Shown here one piece after another: positions 8,513 through 14,731 of a stretch of DNA of 35,090 nucleotides. This DNA comes from a virus (lineage: Duplodnaviria; Caudoviricetes). A program made the position numbers and the translations under genes. The notes under the pieces were generated by a model. It searched no databases. It worked only from the letters and a program-made list of their open reading frames with translations, and was not told where the DNA came from. The stretch lies in the IMG/VR virus record IMGVR_UViG_3300037742_000042, positions 1 to 35,090 of that record, one strand, 5' to 3'. The stretch's first letter is position 1. Each line of letters starts with the position of its first letter.

Positions 8513-8659
8513 ATGGAACTCTACAATCAAGGTTACAACGACGGAATCCGCTCACGCAAGCCCACATCCGACGACAAGCTGTATCTACTCGGCCATGCTC
8601 AAGGGTGGGATGACATGATGGAGCGGGACCAGATGCAAGACGATGACTTACGAGAATAA
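8513..8659 (+). CDS. Small hypothetical protein, RMF-like pattern (not in ORF track)
   Basis: GGAGG RBS; MELYNQGYNDGIRSRKPTSDDKLYLLGHAQGWDDMM... Confidence 0.6.
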   Translation: MELYNQGYNDGIRSRKPTSDDKLYLLGHAQGWDDMMERDQMQDDDLRE

Positions 8660-8708
8660 CTTCCGTGTTCCACCCATACTATAACCTTACCATCTGGAGC
8701 CTTACCTT

Positions 8709-9017
8709 ATGTCTATCAATCGCCGCCCTCCTAACCCACTTTATGAGCTGATACCGCCCCACAGGCGCAGAGCGTTCCTGCGTAAGGCGTTCGAGCGTCT
8801 GGTGCAGATTGTGGGCAAACAGGATATCACTGCGGGTGAGGTGCTACACGCGCTCCAGGCGTACGAGAAGTGCATGGCGCTGAGCACGAACACTGCATCG
8901 GAGATGCTCGCGGCGAAGATTCTCAACCCGGATGAGCTTCCCGAGGCGGATTTCTGGCGCGAGCTACACAACGTGGTTAAGACTAAGTATGGCGTTGAGC
9001 TTCCAATCCCTAACTAA
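8709..9017 (+). CDS. Hypothetical helical protein
   Basis: GGAG RBS; 102 aa ORF. Confidence 0.7.
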   Translation: MSINRRPPNPLYELIPPHRRRAFLRKAFERLVQIVGKQDITAGEVLHALQAYEKCMALSTNTASEMLAAKILNPDELPEADFWRELHNVVKTKYGVELPIPN

Positions 9018-9171
9018 CTGTCCCATCTGCGGCGCTAAGCTGCCACCCGAGCGTCCCCTACTCCTGTGCCCCGCTGGCGCTAAGCAGCCATGGAAGCCGC
9101 TACGCGCCGACACTGAGGTAGGTGTGCGCGGCGTGCACACCATTGATTACGATAAAGGAGTGTACCAATGA
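8989..9171 (+). CDS. Small Cys-containing hypothetical protein
   Basis: CPICG motif; ATGA-coupled to the next gene. Confidence 0.5.
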   Translation: MALSFQSLTNCPICGAKLPPERPLLLCPAGAKQPWKPLRADTEVGVRGVHTIDYDKGVYQ

Positions 9172-9401
9172 TTCGAACGAAACCACCGAGCAAAGACTAC
9201 GATGAAGGCTGGGATAGGATATTCGGAAAGAAGGACATAGAGCTAGAAACCCACGTGCACGAGGTAGGTAGCTGTAGCTGGTGCGACAAGGGAGGGTACG
9301 AACGGCTGACCGAAGAGGAGGAATGCGAGGTCATCGCATCGGCTCCTCTTCAGATCGCCCCCGCGCGGATGCCCCGTGGCTGGACGCCTAAGGCCGGCTA
9401 G
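9168..9401 (+). CDS. Hypothetical phage protein
   Basis: AAGGAG RBS; 'DYDEGWDRIFGKK' motif recalled from small phage proteins; last gene of the + arm. Confidence 0.65.
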   Translation: MIRTKPPSKDYDEGWDRIFGKKDIELETHVHEVGSCSWCDKGGYERLTEEEECEVIASAPLQIAPARMPRGWTPKAG

Positions 9402-9679
9402 GCCCGCGATTGCTTCGTCCAAAACCTCTCAATTAGATTCTGAAAGTGTTGTGCGTTCGCTCGCTGAACGATTTCGGCTATAGATCCTTTCGCAGCGTCG
9501 GCGCGCTTTAACGAAGCGGAACGTGCCCTTTCTAGACCTACTAGGTATTTGTAATCGATTGTAGGCAGTAGCTGCGCGCGGCAGGTTCGACAGGTACGGA
9601 TTCCGTCACATGGATGAAAAAGAGGCACCAAGAAGTCGTAAGCGTTGTCTGCGTCTGCGTTCGGCTTGCTCATACTCAT
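9398..9679 (-). CDS. Hypothetical protein
   Basis: Last gene of the - arm; its stop shares CTAG with the converging gene; CRTC motif. Confidence 0.55.
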   Translation of the reverse strand: MSMSKPNADADNAYDFLVPLFHPCDGIRTCRTCRAQLLPTIDYKYLVGLERARSASLKRADAAKGSIAEIVQRANAQHFQNLIERFWTKQSRA

Positions 9680-9712
9680 ACTCTACGGCACCGCCAAGAA
9701 TAAGTCAAGTAA

Positions 9713-10129
9713 TTATTCTCCGCCGCAGTGCCGATACATCACCCCGGACTCCTCCGAGTCCTCGTACCCCAGCATATGGCCCATCTCGTGCGCTACGACG
9801 CTCCGGAAGGGACAGCCGTACGCTTCCAGCCTGTCAGCTAGCACCACGACCGTCGACGCGCCTAGCGGCTCCGTGATGGTAATGGCGACCGTGGCCGGTC
9901 GGATGTACTTCTGGAGGCGCCAGCTAGCGGCGCGCGAGTCGCTCAGGATAATCGCCTGAGTGTCGCCATCGTCTTCGCTTACCCTGGCCCCGAAGACCAC
10001 AGGCATCGCCCACAGGTCCGCGGCCGCTTGGATGTCGGCCTGCTGCTCAGGGGAGAAACGAGCGTCAATGTAGGTGGTCTGGCCGTAACAGCCGGTGCAG
10101 AGGAGGAGCAGGAGGGCCGCGGGTCTCAT
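9713..10129 (-). CDS. Matrixin-like zinc metalloprotease lipoprotein (paralog 1)
   Basis: Signal MRPAALLLLLCTG-C; HEMGHMLGYED (HExxHxxGxxD); Met-turn GVMY. Confidence 0.8.
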   Translation of the reverse strand: MRPAALLLLLCTGCYGQTTYIDARFSPEQQADIQAAADLWAMPVVFGARVSEDDGDTQAIILSDSRAASWRLQKYIRPATVAITITEPLGASTVVVLADRLEAYGCPFRSVVAHEMGHMLGYEDSEESGVMYRHCGGE

Positions 10130-10236
10130 GCGCTACGTCCAGTTACACGCCGCAGCACCTGCCGCGCTATCAAGCCCAGCACAATCAACCCGATTCCGGC
10201 GCTGTACAGCGCGGCCACGACCAGCAGAGCTGTCAC
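10126..10236 (-). CDS. Single-TM micropeptide (36 aa, not in ORF track)
   Basis: VTALLVVAALYSAGIGLIVLGLIARQVLRRVTGRSA; GTGA and ATGA overlaps with both neighbours. Confidence 0.6.
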   Translation of the reverse strand: MTALLVVAALYSAGIGLIVLGLIARQVLRRVTGRSA

Positions 10237-10454
10237 GCCGGGAGAATCCCCTTGGCGTGCTTCTTGATGACCTTCACGTCATGCGACGGAATCGGGTATG
10301 CGTGGGTCTTGACCATCACGCCGTATCGCCCACACCAGGCCACGCTGTAAACTGTGTAGCCGAAAGCGTCGCGACCGATGGAGTGGACGCGCCCCTCACA
10401 TCCGTTGAGTTCCGGACGTTGCGCACCGATGTACCGGACCAGTTGATTCATCAT
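10233..10454 (-). CDS. SH3-like hypothetical protein (likely leaderless)
   Basis: LVRYIG..RPELNGCEGRV...VAW; ATG 6 nt after the -10. Confidence 0.7.
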   Translation of the reverse strand: MMNQLVRYIGAQRPELNGCEGRVHSIGRDAFGYTVYSVAWCGRYGVMVKTHAYPIPSHDVKVIKKHAKGILPA

Positions 10455-10460
10455 GCTCTA

Positions 10461-10495
10461 ATGATACGGCGCGCCTCGGATAAAGTAAAGAACTT
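10461..10495 (-). promoter_or_regulatory. Repeated phage promoter, copy 3
   Basis: Minus strand AAGTTC-TTTACT-N17-TATCAT. Confidence 0.75.
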
Positions 10496-10498
10496 ATT

Positions 10499-10951
10499 TT
10501 AGTGCGCCTCGCGCCAAGCGGCCATATCCTCCACCGTAACCGTTCGGTTCTGCGGTGTGATCGTGTTGTACATGAGCGCCGTGGGGGACCCAATGTGATG
10601 CACGCCGTGTAGGTGTGCCAGCTCGTGAGCCGCGACTGCCGGAAGCAGGAACATGGCCTTGTTCGCCTCAAGCCAGATAACGTCAATCCGCGTAATACCG
10701 CGCGCGGCCCAGGTCCAGCCTGGCGAGCCCAGCTCGGTGCCGGACATGACGTAGCGCTCCGGGTTGCGAGGGGTCACGCCGAACACGAGGTTGATCGCCT
10801 CGTGAGCAGGCACCCGCTCGTTCCAGAGGTCAGCGCCATCTTGGAGCATGAGTTCCTGCTCGGCGGAGAACTCGTCGGGGAGAACGTAGGTCGCGCCTGA
10901 GGGGGCACAGCCAGCAGCACAGAGGAGCACGGAGGCCAGTAGGGTCTTCAT
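10499..10951 (-). CDS. Matrixin-like zinc metalloprotease lipoprotein (paralog 2)
   Basis: GGAG RBS; signal MKTLLASVLLCAAG-C; HELAHLHGVHH; Met-turn ALMY. Confidence 0.85.
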   Translation of the reverse strand: MKTLLASVLLCAAGCAPSGATYVLPDEFSAEQELMLQDGADLWNERVPAHEAINLVFGVTPRNPERYVMSGTELGSPGWTWAARGITRIDVIWLEANKAMFLLPAVAAHELAHLHGVHHIGSPTALMYNTITPQNRTVTVEDMAAWREAH

Positions 10952-10978
10952 AATTTATTTCTCCAGGCGTCGCACGCC

Positions 10979-11377
10979 TTACGCTCTTCTCTGAAGTTCT
11001 TGACGCAGTTTGGCGATTGTCTCATCGTTCGATCGGAACATGATCATATGTTCTGCCAGCTTCGCTTCCAGCTCCTTTACGCGTAAACGCAGCTTGCCAC
11101 ATTGCTCGGCGAGCTGGTCAATACGAGCGTTTTGGTTAGCGCATTCATTGACCTCTTGTTCCGCCGCTAATAGCCTGGCTCGTAGGTCCTCAATGGTGCC
11201 AGCCTGCATCGCAATGCAGGCCGTCTTAAGCGCAACGATCTCTGTCAGCTCGGCCAGGCTCGGGTCACGCGGCTCACATTCTGCACATGTCGGCCACCCC
11301 GGAGGGTGATGTCCTACGATCACCGCCCCGTCCAGACTTCTTTGCCGTTCTTGTAGACGCGTAACCTGTCGCGCCAC
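10979..11377 (-). CDS. Coiled-coil hypothetical protein
   Basis: CAEC motif followed by heptad repeats. Confidence 0.6.
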   Translation of the reverse strand: MARQVTRLQERQRSLDGAVIVGHHPPGWPTCAECEPRDPSLAELTEIVALKTACIAMQAGTIEDLRARLLAAEQEVNECANQNARIDQLAEQCGKLRLRVKELEAKLAEHMIMFRSNDETIAKLRQELQRRA

Positions 11378-11393
11378 TCGCGTGCACGCCAGT

Positions 11394-11552
11394 TCATAGC
11401 ATCACCTCTTCATCGGTCGGTTCTTCCCCATCCAGGGCCTGAACGCACTCCTCGTACAATGACTCAAGCGTCTCGAAATCGCCAGCTTGAAGCGCGTGGT
11501 CCATGCGGGCGTCGAAGTCTGCGATTGCCATGTCAAACAGTTCGCGGGTCAT
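11394..11552 (-). CDS. Small acidic hypothetical protein
   Basis: AAGGAG RBS; ATGA overlap; MTRELFDMAIADFD... Confidence 0.6.
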   Translation of the reverse strand: MTRELFDMAIADFDARMDHALQAGDFETLESLYEECVQALDGEEPTDEEVML

Positions 11553-11659
11553 CGGCCATTCTCCTTCTTCGTTGCGGCAAGTCGTGCCTCCCACTCGCGC
11601 GCCAGCTCTTTGGTGGAAATCGGCGGGGCGGGGACTGTCTTGCGGTCTTCGTTGCTCAT
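11549..11659 (-). CDS. Hypothetical micropeptide (36 aa, likely leaderless, not in ORF track)
   Basis: MSNEDRKTVPAPPISTKELAREWEARLAATKKENGR; starts 6 nt after the -10 and is coupled to the next gene. Confidence 0.6.
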   Translation of the reverse strand: MSNEDRKTVPAPPISTKELAREWEARLAATKKENGR

Positions 11660-11665
11660 GCCTAA

Positions 11666-11700
11666 TTAATACGGCGTGGCACCAAGAAAGTAAAGCACTT
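11666..11700 (-). promoter_or_regulatory. Repeated phage promoter, copy 4
   Basis: Minus strand AAGTGC-TTTACT-N17-TATTAA. Confidence 0.7.
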
Positions 11701-11854
11701 AATTACCGGACGTCGTGCATTTCCTGTAACAGTCCACACCTACACAGCATTTCCAGCACGTCGTGCACTGCCAGCCGGCGTCGCAGACCTGGGACATGGT
11801 ACAGCGCGGAGTGGGAGAGGCGAACAGGGTGTAAGCTAGGATGACGTGGTACAT
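11699..11854 (-). CDS. Cys-rich mini-protein (51 aa, 8 Cys, not in ORF track)
   Basis: MYHVILAYTLFASPTPRCTMSQVCDAGWQCTTCWKCCVGVDCYRKCTTSGN; fills the tRNA-promoter gap exactly. Confidence 0.55.
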   Translation of the reverse strand: MYHVILAYTLFASPTPRCTMSQVCDAGWQCTTCWKCCVGVDCYRKCTTSGN

Positions 11855-11937
11855 GGTGGGAAGCCTCGGAATCGAACCGAGCAGGCCGAAACGCTCCGTC
11901 TACAGCGGAGCCCAGCTCCATACTGGTCTAACTTCCC
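11854..11937 (-). tRNA. trnY: tRNA-Tyr(GUA), atypical D-arm
   Basis: Acceptor GGGAAGT/GCTTCCC plus ACCA; anticodon arm CTCCG-CTGTAGA-CGGAG; T arm CTCGG-TTCGATT-CCGAG; 12-nt variable region. Confidence 0.85.
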
Positions 11938-11942
11938 GGGTG

Positions 11943-12167
11943 TTACTTACTTCTTACTCGGCGGTACAACCTGACAATCTTAAACTCGTTCCCGTAGTGG
12001 CTCTTGAGCCAGTTCCTCAACGTCACGGCTTTCGCCCGCGTAGGCTCGCGGCTGTACACGTACCATCGACCGTCTGAATATTGTTGCTTGACGAGATAGC
12101 CCGTGGTCACGGTAAGACGTGAGATGCGAGCGTGAATGGCGTTAGCCCCCTGGCCTATCTCACTCAT
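11943..12167 (-). CDS. Hypothetical protein
   Basis: ATGA overlap with the upstream gene at 12164-12167; GAGGG RBS. Confidence 0.6.
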   Translation of the reverse strand: MSEIGQGANAIHARISRLTVTTGYLVKQQYSDGRWYVYSREPTRAKAVTLRNWLKSHYGNEFKIVRLYRRVRSK

Positions 12168-12328
12168 TTCACTTCCCTCGCCAGCGTGCTCCCGCACTTC
12201 TTACAGTTGCACATTTCCAATTTCTTCCCCCGTCCGAAGTCCTGCACACCGATGTGGGTCAGCTCCTGCCCTACCCGCCAGGTCGTCTTCAGTGCCTCAT
12301 GATAACTCGGAGTGCATCGCTTGTCCAT
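12164..12328 (-). CDS. Small Zn-binding hypothetical protein (likely leaderless)
   Basis: MDKRCTPSYHEALK...LEMCNCKKCGSTLA; ATG 7 nt after the -10. Confidence 0.65.
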   Translation of the reverse strand: MDKRCTPSYHEALKTTWRVGQELTHIGVQDFGRGKKLEMCNCKKCGSTLAREVK

Positions 12329-12335
12329 ACCCGTT

Positions 12336-12370
12336 AAGCTACGTCGTCTAGGACGGAAAGTAAAGTACTT
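12336..12370 (-). promoter_or_regulatory. Repeated phage promoter, copy 5
   Basis: Minus strand AAGTAC-TTTACT-N17-TAGCTT. Confidence 0.75.
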
Positions 12371-12852
12371 CACTTAATAATCACAAGGGGATACACGTCG
12401 TACCTGTTCGTACGGTCGTCCTCCCACACCGCCAGCCGGCGCATGAACTGTTTCCAGCTATGCCGCCGCACCACGGGTCCGGGCCTTGCACTGTCGGCCA
12501 CCGTCACGCCGTAGCCCCCAGCTCCAACAACGGCTATCCAGTGCTGCCACGGGCCATCCGTGGCCATATCCACGCAGCAGAGCACCGGCCTCCCGTGGCT
12601 CGTGTGCCACCTTATAGTGGCCTGGGTCAGCCCGGAGGTATGGAACTTGTAGTGGTCCAGCCGGAAGCCCAGCGTCCGCGCCGTCGCGTTGATTGCATAC
12701 TCGTTCGTACCGTCGCTATCCGCCTCACAGGCGCTCGCGAGCCACCGGACGGAGCGTTGCACGCCGTAGCACAGCAAAGCGTGCCTCAAGGCGCTAGGGC
12801 CGCACGTATAGCCGTTCGGCTGGAGTCTGGCCAGCGCCCTGGGGAACCTCAC
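12370..12852 (-). CDS. C39-like (papain-fold) cysteine peptidase
   Basis: Q-PNGYT-CGPSAL (oxyanion Q, catalytic C), QHWIAV (H), VADS (D). Confidence 0.85.
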   Translation of the reverse strand: MRFPRALARLQPNGYTCGPSALRHALLCYGVQRSVRWLASACEADSDGTNEYAINATARTLGFRLDHYKFHTSGLTQATIRWHTSHGRPVLCCVDMATDGPWQHWIAVVGAGGYGVTVADSARPGPVVRRHSWKQFMRRLAVWEDDRTNRYDVYPLVIIK

Positions 12853-13016
12853 GAACGGTCGCGGAGGAACGAACTAACGTATTTCCGGCTAAGCCACCCC
12901 TGAAACACCCACAACCACACCCACTGCCGCTGGAGAGAACGCCACTCCAGGCGGTGTGCTCGATATACGAGCCGATAAATAATATACCATATTCGCGTTC
13001 TTAGTGAAATGTGCAT
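12849..13016 (-). CDS. Trp/Arg-rich small protein (55 aa, not in ORF track)
   Basis: MHISLRTRIWYIIYRLVYRAHRLEWRSLQRQWVWLWVFQGWLSRKYVSSFLRDRS; GTGA-coupled to the C39 peptidase. Confidence 0.5.
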   Translation of the reverse strand: MHISLRTRIWYIIYRLVYRAHRLEWRSLQRQWVWLWVFQGWLSRKYVSSFLRDRS

Positions 13017-13077
13017 AACAACCAATTCGGACGCTAGTTAGTGTGCCCGTTGCACTATGGCACCTAGCTTTCAAAAG

Positions 13078-13446
13078 TCAACTACCCGTCTTGCGGCGGC
13101 GTATGACTTCGGGCGCAGCCAGCTCCCGAAAGTCTGACTTTTTCGGTGGTTCTTCTTCCTCGTCTGTAAATTCCTTCAGGGCTAGCGTCGCAATGCGGTC
13201 TAGCCAGGCTTTCTCCAGTTGTTTACGGGGTATCCCGAGCTTAGCGGCCACTTCCCCCGTTGGAGTAGGCCGCCCGCGGACGAATGGTGGAAACTCCTTA
13301 GGGGTAACGCCTGCATCCTTGAAGGCGTGAGGCATTATCTTGGTTCGGATGTACTCTCCGATACTTACGTTAAGCTTTTTCGCGGCTTTTTCGATGATTT
13401 CATACTGACCTCGCCAGACTCGCGCCGAAAGACTTGTGTATTCCAT
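13078..13446 (-). CDS. Ribbon-helix-helix transcriptional regulator with a possible second HTH
   Basis: AGGAGG RBS; TSLSARV...YEIIEKAAKKLNVSIGEYIR (RHH pattern); RGRP..GEVAAKLGIPRKQL. Confidence 0.7.
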   Translation of the reverse strand: MEYTSLSARVWRGQYEIIEKAAKKLNVSIGEYIRTKIMPHAFKDAGVTPKEFPPFVRGRPTPTGEVAAKLGIPRKQLEKAWLDRIATLALKEFTDEEEEPPKKSDFRELAAPEVIRRRKTGS

Positions 13447-13484
13447 GGAACCTCCTGTCGGTGATTTAACACCGTACGGATGGA

Positions 13485-13513
13485 GTGATATCGGACTTAA
13501 GACGAGCAGTCAA
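13485..13513 (-). promoter_or_regulatory. Possible promoter for the RHH regulator
   Basis: Minus strand TTGACT-N17-TATCAC. Confidence 0.4.
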
Positions 13514-14070
13514 TGCGTTTTTGGATACTTTGTGCGTTCTTGTGGGGATGTAGTGCTGCACCAGTGCCACCCAGCACGGTACCCAGTATACGGCTAACCG
13601 TCCACGCGGATGTGGCCTTTAACTGGCCGGAACGCAGAGTGATTTACCAGGCCGTTGAAGCACTTGAGAGTCAGGCGGGATATCGGGTTGACATTGTATA
13701 CGACCTGGACATGCATGATATCGGCAGGCTAGCCGCGCTTCGGAACTCCCCGCGGATGGCCAGGGTAGACAGTTCGCTCCAGATTGTGAAGGACGTAGAC
13801 GTCAACGTTCGTGGCGTGACGTTCGGTTGGATGGGAATCCAGAGGGACGTGTACATCGTTCGGGACCGTATCTGGACCGATAGGATGCTACTACATGTCG
13901 TTATGCACGAACTGCTCCACATTGCTGGAGCGGACCATGTCTCAGATGAGACCGCCGTGCTGCACTGGCAGACAGATTTTACTCATGTCGCTACGGTGAT
14001 CACCGAGGCCGACAGAGAAGCGCTCCGAGCTGGGAGCGCGAAAAGACCCGGATTGGCAGACTCCCGGTAA
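13513..14070 (+). CDS. Matrixin-like zinc metalloprotease lipoprotein (paralog 3)
   Basis: Signal MRFWILCAFLWG-C; HELLHIAGADH; Met-turn position reads AVLH. Confidence 0.75.
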   Translation: MRFWILCAFLWGCSAAPVPPSTVPSIRLTVHADVAFNWPERRVIYQAVEALESQAGYRVDIVYDLDMHDIGRLAALRNSPRMARVDSSLQIVKDVDVNVRGVTFGWMGIQRDVYIVRDRIWTDRMLLHVVMHELLHIAGADHVSDETAVLHWQTDFTHVATVITEADREALRAGSAKRPGLADSR

Positions 14071-14155
14071 AAGGCCACGTCGAGACGGACGACGATAACC
14101 CCGTCAACTTTTAGACCGCAAGCCGACGGTTCAATTCGGCAGAGTAGGAATACTA

Positions 14156-14341
14156 ATGAATATCGTAATTACATTCGTAGGTGAATCGTCCATTTCCGCG
14201 GAAGTTCTAGGCGCGGACGAGCTTGGTTTTTACACTTCCGGTGAATCGTTTGAAGCGACGCTTGCAGCGCTAGGACGGCGTATGGACGCCGCACGAACCG
14301 CAAACCGCAAAGAAACCTCCCTCACTGTGGCGGTGGCCTAA
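14156..14341 (+). CDS. Small protein, HicB-like N-terminal fold
   Basis: SISAEV...GFYTSGESFEATLAAL resembles the HicB 'T.GET.EEA' motif; AGGA RBS. Confidence 0.5.
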   Translation: MNIVITFVGESSISAEVLGADELGFYTSGESFEATLAALGRRMDAARTANRKETSLTVAVA

Positions 14342-14731
14342 ATGCTTAAACCCACATTCTGTAACATCGTTTTCGAAGCCGTCGACGCTCCCAACGTCTC
14401 CAAAGGAGGCATCCTCGCCCCCGAGTCGTATCGCACCGGCAACGGCCCCGACGCTACCACGGTGAAAGCCGCAAAGCGCGCGAAGGTCCTCGCCGTTGGT
14501 CCCGGTAAGACGACGCCGCAAGGCTTCCGTGAGCCGTGCTGCAAGCCCGGCGACTACGTCCAGCTCGCGTCGAATGCGTTCATTCAGGACTTTATGCTGA
14601 ATGGTACGCACACGTACGTGACGCAGGATGATTACGTCGTTGGAATCCTGGACGAGACCGACGTTGTCTCTCAGGCTGTTGCCCCCGTGGCGACTCCCGA
14701 GAAGCGCATCGTTACCCCGGCGCTTTCGTAA
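14342..14731 (+). CDS. groES: Co-chaperonin GroES (Cpn10) homolog
   Basis: MLKP..., SKGGILAP, AKVLAVGPG, KPGDYV, DDYVVGIL. Confidence 0.9.
   Translation: MLKPTFCNIVFEAVDAPNVSKGGILAPESYRTGNGPDATTVKAAKRAKVLAVGPGKTTPQGFREPCCKPGDYVQLASNAFIQDFMLNGTHTYVTQDDYVVGILDETDVVSQAVAPVATPEKRIVTPALS

Noticed and set aside
11854-11880. tRNA 3' end as an attP or prophage boundary
   Set aside because: No integrase in the window, no duplicated tRNA fragment noticed, and phage-like genes lie on both sides.
11703-11921. 72-aa minus-strand ORF in the track
   Set aside because: It runs through the tRNA; the 11854-11699 frame fits the gap better.
6106-12370. Repeated AAGTACTTTACTTT as a CRISPR or mini-array
   Set aside because: Copies are kilobases apart, lie on both strands and have promoter geometry; there are no regular spacers.
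14122-14140. GGTTCAATTC resembling a tRNA T-loop
   Set aside because: No acceptor stem, anticodon arm or CCA can be built around it.
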